This document shows, piece by piece, positions 18,820 to 28,883 of a stretch of 64,000 bases of DNA (its first letter is position 1; the number at the start of each line of letters is the position of its first letter). Made by a program: the position numbers and the translations under genes. Under the pieces are notes generated by a model. That model was not told the DNA's origin. It did not search any database and saw only the letters and a program-made list of their open reading frames with translations. The DNA is from Candidatus Woesebacteria bacterium (GTDB lineage Bacteria > Patescibacteriota > Microgenomatia > UBA1400 > PJMF01): assembly GCA_050123235.1 (NCBI GenBank), contig JASFHL010000007.1, positions 75 through 64,074 of the forward strand. Reading direction: 5' to 3'.

Positions 18820-20058
18820 ATGACCAATCTACTACCTCTCATCCTCGCCATCGACACTTCTTGTGATGATACTTCAGTCGCTATTACTCAAGGTCAAGTA
18901 GTCTTGGCCAATGTCATTTCCTCTCAAACTCAGCTACACAAACCTTATGGAGGAGTTTTTCCTACTATAGCTAAGCAAGCTCATAAAGAAAATATTGATG
19001 CAGCTATTAAAATAGCTCTTAAGCGTGCTAGTCTTACAATAGGTAAAATTGATGCTTTTGCGGTAACCATAGGTCCAGGTTTGGCACCAGCTCTGGAAGT
19101 TGGCATTGCTAAAGCAAAAGCTTTAGCCAAATTAGATCAAAAACTTTTAATAGCCATCAACCACACAGAAGGGCATATTTTATCGGTTTTGGCTCAAAGG
19201 AAATCCAGAACTGGCAGGCAAGGTTTGGAGCAAAAAGTCAAAACCACAGCTCGAAAGTCAACAACAGGAGTAAGAAAAACAAATTTATCCCAAGCAAAAA
19301 GCATCCACCCTCTTCCGACAGAAAAATTTCCAGCCCTAGCCATTGTAGTTTCAGGGGGTCACAGTCAATTTATTCTGGTCAAAAATATTGGCGATTATCA
19401 GATTTTAGGTTCCACTATCGATGATGCTGCTGGAGAATGTTTAGACAAAGTAGGCCGAATGCTCAATCTAGGTTATCCTGCTGGGCCAGTAATAGAAGAA
19501 TTTGCCAAAAAAGGCAATGCAAAAAAGTTTGAATTTCCTTTACCAATGACTACTATTAAAAATTTTAATTTAAGTTTTTCTGGTCTTAAAACTTATGCTA
19601 GCAATTTGATTAGGCAATTAGAGGCAGCAGGCAAACTAAACAAACAAGCAATTTATGATATTTCTGCCTCTTTTCAAAGAGCTGTATTTAAACATATTGC
19701 TTATAAATTGGACAAGATTCTTAAAGCAGAAACAAGTCTACTCCAAAGCGAAAAATATTTTCAAGAAATCTGGTTGGGTGGAGGGGTCAGTGCCAATATT
19801 AGTTTAAGAAAAATGATTCGTGAGACAATAAAAAACTATCTTAGTTCTACTGATAAGTCACTTTTAAAATTAGAACAAGATAGAGAAAAATTAATGAGTT
19901 CCCAGAAGCGGAAACTCAGGCTCAAAGTTCCTTTCTCAAAAAAATTATGTAGTGATAATGCTGCTATGATTGGCATAGCTGCTTTTTATAAATATCAACA
20001 AGCTGAATTTGTCGACAAAATAGATCAGTTAGAAAGAAAACCAAGATTCTTAGTTTAG
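18820..20058 (+). CDS. tsaD: tRNA threonylcarbamoyltransferase TsaD
   Basis: IDTSCDDT, GPGL, HTEGH, VSGGHS, DDAAGECLDK, GGVSAN, DNAAMI. Confidence 0.96.
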   Translation: MTNLLPLILAIDTSCDDTSVAITQGQVVLANVISSQTQLHKPYGGVFPTIAKQAHKENIDAAIKIALKRASLTIGKIDAFAVTIGPGLAPALEVGIAKAKALAKLDQKLLIAINHTEGHILSVLAQRKSRTGRQGLEQKVKTTARKSTTGVRKTNLSQAKSIHPLPTEKFPALAIVVSGGHSQFILVKNIGDYQILGSTIDDAAGECLDKVGRMLNLGYPAGPVIEEFAKKGNAKKFEFPLPMTTIKNFNLSFSGLKTYASNLIRQLEAAGKLNKQAIYDISASFQRAVFKHIAYKLDKILKAETSLLQSEKYFQEIWLGGGVSANISLRKMIRETIKNYLSSTDKSLLKLEQDREKLMSSQKRKLRLKVPFSKKLCSDNAAMIGIAAFYKYQQAEFVDKIDQLERKPRFLV

Positions 20059-20100
20059 CAGTCGGCTTATTTTATAAATTTGATATAATTGCCCTGCTCT

Positions 20101-20457
20101 ATGAAATATAGTAAAAGTAAGCATGATCAATCCTTATTATCTCTTACTCAAGAAGTATCTGCTGATGAGGTTAAATTTGATTTATATATTAAAGCTCGAG
20201 AAATTAAACAGATTAATGAGTATTTAGAAAGGATTATGCTCTTTAGTAAAAAAAGAAAGCAAGCATGGCTTGGTGAAAACGAAGAAATGATTAATCAGCT
20301 TTTGGATTCTATAATGGAAGACTCAATGATGGTCATGGATGGTTTGGAAGTAGATAGTGAATCAATGGAGCTAAGTGTTGAATTAATGATTAACCTCAGA
20401 AATGCAGTCTATACTCTTAGAAATTTAATTTATTCAAAACAGAGGATTAAACATTGA
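20101..20457 (+). CDS. Hypothetical acidic helical protein
   Basis: ORF directly upstream of the cyclase gene; no recognisable motif. Confidence 0.6.
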   Translation: MKYSKSKHDQSLLSLTQEVSADEVKFDLYIKAREIKQINEYLERIMLFSKKRKQAWLGENEEMINQLLDSIMEDSMMVMDGLEVDSESMELSVELMINLRNAVYTLRNLIYSKQRIKH

Positions 20458-20459
20458 CA

Positions 20460-22073
20460 ATGTCTCGTTATGGTCATTTAAAAATCATTTTCTATTTGCT
20501 AACTACTTTTTTTGTATTTGTTATTTTGCTTCTTTTTTTTCAACCTTTTTATAATTTAAATAATAAAATTAATGATTTATTTTATAGCTCTACAAATCAG
20601 AAATCAGAAATTGTAATTGTAGCTATCGATGATTTATCCTTGCAAACAGTACAAGCTTGGCCATGGTCAGCTGAAAAGCAAGCTGAGTTAATTAATATTA
20701 TCAAAGAGCAGCATCCCAAATTGATTGCCTATGCAGCAAGCTATCCTAGCCCAGATGTAGAAGAACAAGTAGTTTTAAGTAAATTGAATGAAATTGATAA
20801 TCTAGTGATGAGCAAGGTAAATAATTTTTATTTAGGACCAAAGGGTCATCTAGATTTAGAAAAATCCTCAGATGGAAAAGTAAGACAGATTTTAACTGAA
20901 AAAAACCTATTTCCTTCATTTTCACTTGTCAGTGCCGAAGTTTTGAACTATACCATGACTGAAACACATTTAAATATCAATTATCGATTTAAAACTGGCA
21001 GCCTATTACAATTATCTGCTCAAGATATTTTTTCAGGCAGGAATTTAATTAAACTTAAAGATAAAATTGTTTTGATTGATTTAGTGAATGCTGATTCCAG
21101 TATGGATGTAGAAACGCCTTTAGGTTTAATGAAGCCAATTGAGGTTCAGGCAAATGCAATTGATACAGTTTTGAGTTTGAGAGCCTTACGCAAATTACCA
21201 AAAAGTCAAGAAACAATTATTGCTCTTTTTTTAGCAATTTTACCTCTTTTTCTTGCTAAATTTATTCGCATTAAACAATGGCTTGGTTCAGCAATTTTCC
21301 TTTTATTAGGGATTGTTTTAATTGCTTTCCTAGCTTTTAGATTCTTTTATATTATTACACCTGTTTTTTATTGGTTACTGCTAATTTTATTTGGAGTTTT
21401 ATTAGCTATTTTTATTAAGTGGAAATTAAAAAATCTAACTCAAGTTCTTCTGAAAAAAATTTTTGGCAACACTGTTTCTCCAGAAGTGCTAAGCACTTTG
21501 TTAAAGAATCCAGAAAAAGTATCTTTGCAAGGTGAGAAACTTGAGTTAACTGTTTTGTTTGTAAGAATCAAAAATTTCAGTGATTTTGTAGAAAAAAATG
21601 ATGCTAAAACAACAGTGTCTAAATTAAAGAATTTTTTAGAAACTTGCACAGACATTGTTATTAGTCACCAAGGTACAATTGATAAATACTCAAGAAATAC
21701 AATAATAGCTTTTTGGGGAGCGCCACTATCAGATAAGCAACAGGCTAGTAAGGCTTGTGTGACTGCTTTAGAGATTCAAGATCGTATTGGGGAAGAAAGT
21801 CAACTTGAGCTAAGTATTGGCATCAGCTATGGGCTAGCAACTGTTGCTAGTTTGGAACTTGAAGGTTTAGATTATTCAGCCATTGGTGAAACAGTGGATC
21901 AAGCAATTATGCTTGAATCTGCTACTCAGGAACTAAAACAGACAATGCTTGTTTCTGAAAGCGTAGTTAAGAAGAACAAAGAAGAAAATAGTGATTTTAG
22001 ATTTACAAAACTTAAGGCAATTAAAGTGGAAGGAAGTAGAAAGTCTGTTAAAGCTTATGGATTAGAGGGATAG
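20460..22073 (+). CDS. CHASE2 plus class III adenylate/guanylate cyclase-like protein (degenerate active site)
   Basis: IVIVAIDD..WPW, DGKVR CHASE2; 3 TM; GTIDKY, AFWGAP, IGISYG, YSAIGETV. Confidence 0.85.
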   Translation: MSRYGHLKIIFYLLTTFFVFVILLLFFQPFYNLNNKINDLFYSSTNQKSEIVIVAIDDLSLQTVQAWPWSAEKQAELINIIKEQHPKLIAYAASYPSPDVEEQVVLSKLNEIDNLVMSKVNNFYLGPKGHLDLEKSSDGKVRQILTEKNLFPSFSLVSAEVLNYTMTETHLNINYRFKTGSLLQLSAQDIFSGRNLIKLKDKIVLIDLVNADSSMDVETPLGLMKPIEVQANAIDTVLSLRALRKLPKSQETIIALFLAILPLFLAKFIRIKQWLGSAIFLLLGIVLIAFLAFRFFYIITPVFYWLLLILFGVLLAIFIKWKLKNLTQVLLKKIFGNTVSPEVLSTLLKNPEKVSLQGEKLELTVLFVRIKNFSDFVEKNDAKTTVSKLKNFLETCTDIVISHQGTIDKYSRNTIIAFWGAPLSDKQQASKACVTALEIQDRIGEESQLELSIGISYGLATVASLELEGLDYSAIGETVDQAIMLESATQELKQTMLVSESVVKKNKEENSDFRFTKLKAIKVEGSRKSVKAYGLEG

Positions 22074-22306
22074 TTGATGGGTTTTTTTGAGAAAATATGA
22101 TTACATAATCTTAATATTTAATTAATTTGAGAGTCGTTCGCGGCAGCATTTCGTTTATTTTTAAGATGCAAGGCTCACTGGTGAAGCTCGGCAGTAAATT
22201 GATTACTTGATCAAGACCGAACCAGACCTCGCTTCAACACTCTCAAATTAATTAAATATTAAGATTATTTGATCGACTCTTTCAAAATAAAACCCATCTA
22301 ACATCC
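22068..22306 (-). repeat. Hairpin repeat family A, full copy (minus strand)
   Basis: Perfect 30 bp IR 22105-22134/22239-22268; outer imperfect IR 22068-22090/22282-22306; same core on minus strand. Confidence 0.92.
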
Positions 22307-22325
22307 TTATAACCGCAATCCGTGG

Positions 22326-22363
22326 TTGACAGATTTTTAGCAGTCTTTTAAGATATCTGCTAG
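22326..22363 (+). promoter_or_regulatory. groES promoter overlapped by variant CIRCE
   Basis: TTGACA 22326-N17-TAAGAT 22349; TTAGCAGTC-N9-ATCTGCTAG 22337-22363. Confidence 0.85.
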
Positions 22364-22415
22364 TAATTAACTATTTTAACTGCCAATTTTTAAAATCAAA
22401 TAGAAAGGATTATTT

Positions 22416-22724
22416 ATGTCAGCTCAAATCAAAGTTTCTCAACTCAAACCCCTGTCAGGGTATATTTTAGTAGAACCAGCTAAATCAGAAACTAAAACCG
22501 CTGCTGGGATTTATTTACCAGAAAATGATAGTGACAAACCCCAACATGGTAAAGTTTTAGCTTGTGGTGCTTCAGTTTGGGAAAGTGGAGTCAAAGAAAT
22601 CAAATGCCCTGTTAAAAAAGGCGATCAGGTGATCTACAAAAAATGGGGTGGTAATGATGTCAAAATTGATGATGTAGAATATCAATTTTTAAAATTTGAC
22701 GATGTCTTAGCAGTTATTAAATAA
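22416..22724 (+). CDS. groES: Co-chaperonin GroES
   Basis: LKPLSGYILVE, KTAAGIYLP, VKKGDQVIY. Confidence 0.97.
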   Translation: MSAQIKVSQLKPLSGYILVEPAKSETKTAAGIYLPENDSDKPQHGKVLACGASVWESGVKEIKCPVKKGDQVIYKKWGGNDVKIDDVEYQFLKFDDVLAVIK

Positions 22725-24389
<1,665 letters not shown>

Positions 24390-24419
24390 GTTTAGCCAAA
24401 AATTTAGAATAATATTTGG

Positions 24420-24452
24420 AAAAAAGGGCGAGTGTTTTTACTCGCTCTTTTT
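24420..24452. terminator. Intrinsic terminator after groEL
   Basis: aaaaagggcgagt-gttttt-actcgctcttttt. Confidence 0.85.
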
Positions 24453-24496
24453 AGTTTTGACTTGATTTATTGAGTTAGTCTTGTCATAGTTAATTT

Positions 24497-25054
24497 ATGT
24501 CTTTACAAAAAAAATTTACCAGTATTTTTCCATTTTCTAAATTTTTTGGAAATGAAATTGGGCCTTCAAACGATGAAGAGAATTTGGAAGAAAATTTATT
24601 TTGGGTAAATGCCGCTTTAAACAAGATTAATTATGAATTAACTCAGGCTGGTCTAGAAAGTTACCACGTCTTAGGAACTAAAGAAAATCAAGGTGAACCA
24701 GTAATTCTTACTAATAATTCTCCAAAAGCAGCTTACAATCTTTTATATGAATTGATTTTGTCTGAGCTTGACAAAATTAGTAATCACTATGTAGCTACTA
24801 TTAATCAGGACAAGGCTGTTACTATTTGGCATTTAAATCCAACTGGGGCGTATAAATCTTATTTAGCTTTAGTCAAGGTCAATATTAGGGTTTATGCAAG
24901 ATATTCACCCAGTTTTTCTCAGGAGCCTAGAATTTTTTTAAATTTTAATCCTCCTAATAGATTGAATATCAAAAAAATTCAAGCAATTATGTCACCAGAA
25001 GAATATAGGAGGATTTTTGTTTTACAGGAGTTGCAGCGTGAAGTTGGAGAATAA
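24497..25054 (+). CDS. Hypothetical protein
   Basis: 185 aa ORF, no recognisable motif. Confidence 0.6.
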   Translation: MSLQKKFTSIFPFSKFFGNEIGPSNDEENLEENLFWVNAALNKINYELTQAGLESYHVLGTKENQGEPVILTNNSPKAAYNLLYELILSELDKISNHYVATINQDKAVTIWHLNPTGAYKSYLALVKVNIRVYARYSPSFSQEPRIFLNFNPPNRLNIKKIQAIMSPEEYRRIFVLQELQREVGE

Positions 25055-25131
25055 ACAATAAATGTAAGTCTTTAGAGCGCGAAGCTTCACTTCTTAGATT
25101 AGTGGAACTTTACTAGGATTGTTTTAAAATG

Positions 25132-25205
25132 TAGCAGAGGTGGGATTTGAACCCACGACCTTCGGTTTATGAATCCGATGCTCTAACCAACTGAGCTACC
25201 CTGCC
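25132..25205 (-). tRNA. tRNA-Met(CAT), probably elongator (Ile2 not excluded)
   Basis: ggcagggtagctcagttggttagagc..ttCATaa..gtgggttcaaatcccac ctctgct a cloverleaf; CCA not encoded. Confidence 0.9.
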
Positions 25206-25358
25206 AAGTAAAACGAGTTAGAATTTTTATAAGTCGCTTATTAGCTTAACTGCAAACATGCAGATCGCTTAGATTAAATTCAACGTCCTTGATTATATCA
25301 GACTACTTGGGGTATAATAAACCCCTCTTTATATCTCTTTAGGAAAATATAAAAGACG

Positions 25359-25427
25359 CGCGGGATAGTGTACGGTGCACGTGAGGCTCATAATCTTACA
25401 GGCTAGGTTCGACTCCTAGTCCCGCAA
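25359..25427 (+). tRNA. Initiator-type tRNA-fMet(CAT), atypical
   Basis: Acceptor cgcggga/tcccgca with C1:A72 mismatch, loop ctCATaa, T arm ctagg-ttcgact-cctag; TTGATT-N18-TATAAT at 25289-25318. Confidence 0.85.
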
Positions 25428-27149
25428 CAATGAGGGAATGAGAGGTTGTAGATAGGTTAATTTGTCCTCTACATCCATCAATTTTCCAGGTTCGACCGAA
25501 ATACCTAAGTCTTTTGCTTCTTGCTTGCATTTTTCTATCATCCAAAATGGGTTATCCCGATTTATCAACACTTTTTTATTATGTAGCTTTAGGTTCGACC
25601 CAAGCATCTGAAGTATTTGAGTCTTAGTTTTAACATCACCTTGAGCAAACCAATAACGGGCATAGCAGGCAAACTCGAAAGTTTTTTTTGATATTTCAAT
25701 CCAATCATATTGCCTTTGGTCCGTTGTTTGCATATCATTTTTTACTGTCTCAATTTCTTTTTTAAGTTTACTGAGTTCTGCCTCATAAGCTTCTTTCTCT
25801 TCTTCACTGGATTCTTCATATAGATCAGTAAAGCGGTGCTTTGTCATCCTTCTAAGCCTGGATTTGAGCTTCTCGTAGTTGGTAGTATTTCGTTTAGTAG
25901 CATCCTGGTCCTGGTCCACTTCTTTGTCATTTAATTCACTTATGTGATTAATAGCCCAATCTTTGAAGTCAGGATCAATCTCGAATTTTTTTAACTCATT
26001 GTCAATTTGTTCTTCAAGCTTTCCTATTTCTAAATATCCTTGAGAACAATTTTTATTGACCTTTTTGGTGCAGTGATAGTAGATGTAATGGAGAATAGTG
26101 GGGTTTTTCATCAATTCTATTTTCAAACCACACTTAATACACCTATCTCTTTTCCTTGTTTTAGCAAATTTTTTGCTACATTTTGGACAAATTATTTGCC
26201 ATTTTTCCTCAGCAGTGATAAAACCACCACATTCACCACAAGTCATAATCCCTTTATAGGGAAAATCATATTTTTTTTGTATCGAGCGGCTTTTTTTACC
26301 TAGTCTAATCTGGATAATATCCCATTCATCTTTAGTAAACATTTTTGGGTATTTATGTTCACTTTCTTGGGTTACGCCTTCGATCTTTCTACTCATAACT
26401 CCATAATAAAAAGGGTCAGATAAAAGTCTGTAATAAGTTGATCTTGAAAGCGGTCCATCTCCTTGTTTTCTTTGAGGTAGGGTCCTGTATCCCATATCAT
26501 TATTGAGCCAGTTTAAACTTTCTAAAACGGTCATTTCACCGCTAATTATTTTTTTTCCAGCCTGTTGTAGCAAAGAAAATCTTTTTTGATCTACTTTAAC
26601 ATCGCGTTTTTTGGTAAAAGGATGAGTAAAATTAATAAATCCTTGCTTAGCTGGACCACCCCATTCTTTATTCTCAAAAAATTTATACTTATTTCCACTA
26701 TGAACATGGTCCGAAAGCTTAGTTGATTCATACTGTGATTGACTCAAGGCAAACTGGAGCAGCAAAATACCTTCGGCACTGTTATCAAATGTATAAGTGG
26801 CAAACTTAATATCTAGAATCTTTTTATCTGCTATGAGTTGCACGATTTTTCCTGCCTCAGTGGGGTTCCTTGAGAGTCTATTAGGGTGAAATACAATTAA
26901 GCCTGTTACTTTGCCTGCCTCAATTAAGTTAATCAATTTATTAAACTCGGGACGGTTGTCTGGTTTATAAGCACTTTTGCTTTCTGATAGATGATAACTT
27001 CTCTTATATTCTTTTTTTGGGAAACGTTTTGCTAGTTCTTGTCTCTGGCGAGGTATTGAGACATTCTGCTTATTAGATTTTTCATCTGATGAACGCCTGC
27101 TATATTCTGCCCAGATAATTTTATTTGGTGTGATGTTTATTCTTGGCAT
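25416..27149 (-). CDS. Large serine recombinase (resolvase, recombinase, Zn ribbon, coiled coil)
   Basis: YSRRSS catalytic Ser, SAYKPDNRPEF, NRLSRN, PFYYG, CGECG/YYHC; ATG 27149 has SD gagagg; stop lies inside the tRNA. Confidence 0.93.
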   Translation of the reverse strand: MPRINITPNKIIWAEYSRRSSDEKSNKQNVSIPRQRQELAKRFPKKEYKRSYHLSESKSAYKPDNRPEFNKLINLIEAGKVTGLIVFHPNRLSRNPTEAGKIVQLIADKKILDIKFATYTFDNSAEGILLLQFALSQSQYESTKLSDHVHSGNKYKFFENKEWGGPAKQGFINFTHPFTKKRDVKVDQKRFSLLQQAGKKIISGEMTVLESLNWLNNDMGYRTLPQRKQGDGPLSRSTYYRLLSDPFYYGVMSRKIEGVTQESEHKYPKMFTKDEWDIIQIRLGKKSRSIQKKYDFPYKGIMTCGECGGFITAEEKWQIICPKCSKKFAKTRKRDRCIKCGLKIELMKNPTILHYIYYHCTKKVNKNCSQGYLEIGKLEEQIDNELKKFEIDPDFKDWAINHISELNDKEVDQDQDATKRNTTNYEKLKSRLRRMTKHRFTDLYEESSEEEKEAYEAELSKLKKEIETVKNDMQTTDQRQYDWIEISKKTFEFACYARYWFAQGDVKTKTQILQMLGSNLKLHNKKVLINRDNPFWMIEKCKQEAKDLGISVEPGKLMDVEDKLTYLQPLIPSLLRD

Positions 27150-27237
27150 ATAAAAACCCTCTCTGGGTGGACTCAAATCAAACTAATGACTTGTCCCAAA
27201 GAGGGTATTTATAGTCACTAGTTTAAGATTGAGTCCA
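27150..27237 (-). promoter_or_regulatory. Interleaved A-B-A'-B' leader covering the recombinase RBS
   Basis: 27213-27237 pairs with 27168-27191; 27195-27212 pairs with 27150-27167 (contains SD). Confidence 0.75.
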
Positions 27238-27250
27238 TAATCATTTTATA

Positions 27251-27436
27251 CTAATTTTCATTACTAAGTTGATTTAAAATATCTTGGTCCTCAATTGGGA
27301 TTGGTTTATAAATTAGAGCGAATCGCTTTAATTCCTTTAAAGCCATAACTTGAGCTTCTTCATAATCAAGCCATACACCGCATTTCTTTTGGTAAAGTTT
27401 TTGAAAGCTGGTGATGGCTTCGTGGCTTAGTTGCAT
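27251..27436 (-). CDS. Small protein upstream of the recombinase (candidate directionality factor)
   Basis: MQLSHEAITSFQKLYQKK..LDYEEA..IYKPI; TGATG overlap with upstream gene. Confidence 0.7.
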   Translation of the reverse strand: MQLSHEAITSFQKLYQKKCGVWLDYEEAQVMALKELKRFALIYKPIPIEDQDILNQLSNEN

Positions 27437-28092
27437 CACAGAATAGTCCTTTCATCTGCTGTAATGTGTTCATCAAGCCATTTCATGTCTTCTGGTGGTA
27501 AATACTGGAAACCTTCTTCCTTATGAATGCGTTGGTAATCAGCCATAGTTCTTTGGTTTCCAACGGGGAGTGTGGTAACCACAGGGCTATTAACTTTAGA
27601 GTTAACCTTAGAGGAATTTAGAGTTCTAGGAGAATCAATCTCGAGGCAATTACGAACGGTTTGTTCAAAAGATTGAACTTTTGCTTCAGTTATTTGAAAA
27701 TTAGGTGCAATATTTTGAATAATTTGTTCAAACGATTGATTTAGTTCTTTTTGCTGAAATTGACTAGCTTGACCACCCCATTTTTTAGTTGTGGCTATAT
27801 ATCTTTCAGCATTGAAAATCTCATAAGTCTGTGGTTCTTGTGTAGGAATTAAAATACCTAAGGTTGTTAACTTAGTTATTTTTGTCCTAATTGAATTTGT
27901 GGAGCTATACCCTAAACAGGAGGCAAACTGTTTAAAATCTATTTTTACCTTTTTATATTGGCTATTTCTTGAATCAAACCCCATTTGATCAAGGCATAAC
28001 TCAAAAATAATAAATTCCTCTCTAGTTAAAATTTCGTGTTTTACCAGGAGAAAGCGGTTGCGATGAGAGGGGCGATAAGCATTGAAATTCAT
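27436..28092 (-). CDS. Putative winged-helix replication/DNA-binding protein
   Basis: FKQFASCLGYSSTNSIRTKITKLTTLGIL HTH-like; TAATG overlap with upstream gene. Confidence 0.5.
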   Translation of the reverse strand: MNFNAYRPSHRNRFLLVKHEILTREEFIIFELCLDQMGFDSRNSQYKKVKIDFKQFASCLGYSSTNSIRTKITKLTTLGILIPTQEPQTYEIFNAERYIATTKKWGGQASQFQQKELNQSFEQIIQNIAPNFQITEAKVQSFEQTVRNCLEIDSPRTLNSSKVNSKVNSPVVTTLPVGNQRTMADYQRIHKEEGFQYLPPEDMKWLDEHITADERTIL

Positions 28093-28358
28093 TACACCCC
28101 TTCATTAAATGCCTCCCAGGCAATCATGAAGTCAGTTAAGGTTCTATAATTACCTTCATTAATTGCTTGAACTGTTTCACCAAAATTAGTTAAAATTTTT
28201 CCATAATTGATTTTTAGGTAAAAAAAATCGACTTCTGAGATTTTTGCTTGCTTAACTTTATAAAGAATTCGTCTTCTTTTTTTGGAAAAGTAGTGCTTAA
28301 CCCTTCCATCTTTAAAAAAGATTTTTAGTTGATATCTCTTGGGTTTTTGAATTTTCAT
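28092..28358 (-). CDS. Hypothetical basic protein, first gene of the element's leftward operon
   Basis: 88 aa with SD aaggag. Confidence 0.65.
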   Translation of the reverse strand: MKIQKPKRYQLKIFFKDGRVKHYFSKKRRRILYKVKQAKISEVDFFYLKINYGKILTNFGETVQAINEGNYRTLTDFMIAWEAFNEGV

Positions 28359-28360
28359 AA

Positions 28361-28465
28361 AAAAACTCCTTAGTAACTCCAGGTACGGAGTGTGACCTAG
28401 AGTTGCTAAAGAGTTTTTATCACTCCGTTTTTAGGCAAAAAAAAACCACGCAAAAAATTGCGTGG
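28361..28465 (-). promoter_or_regulatory. Pseudoknot-type leader plus upstream terminator-like hairpin
   Basis: 24 bp stem 28361-28384/28395-28418 covering SD; loop acggagtg 28385-28392 pairs with cactccgt 28421-28428; hairpin 28446-28465 with U tail on minus strand. Confidence 0.7.
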
Positions 28466-28569
28466 ATGTATTTTTATCCTAGTTGAAAGCGATTATAACA
28501 TATAGTTTTTTTTACAAAAGTAGTATATTCTCTTTAGAGAAAGATAGTTTAGCTATGTATAACAAACCA

Positions 28570-28830
28570 ATGTCCCGTCAAGCTCTTTATTCCAAGGTTA
28601 GTAGTTATACTCCAGAAATCATTGATCGTCTTTTAGAGCTGAGTCGATCTTCCAATGAGAATGTTGCATTAGGAGCTTGCAAAACTTTACTTAGCAAATC
28701 AATTCCAGACTTAAAGGCTTTAAATGCAGCTGGTTTTGAAAATTATCAGCATGTGCGGAATGTTATCTATTTGCCTATAGAAAAAAAATGTTTGATCAAT
28801 AATGGGACGACTAACTTACCAGACTCATAG
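28570..28830 (+). CDS. Hypothetical protein, weakly phage small-terminase-like
   Basis: ENVALGACKTLLSKSIPDLKA; TATAAC 6 nt before ATG 28570; function is speculative. Confidence 0.45.
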   Translation: MSRQALYSKVSSYTPEIIDRLLELSRSSNENVALGACKTLLSKSIPDLKALNAAGFENYQHVRNVIYLPIEKKCLINNGTTNLPDS

Positions 28831-28883
28831 AGGGGGGAGTGGTATAATGTATAATAGATTAAGTAAAATTAATCTTTGGACTT

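Noticed and set aside
25071-25090. ttagagcgcgaagcttcac as a collapsed family A relic
   Set aside because: Too short and without arms
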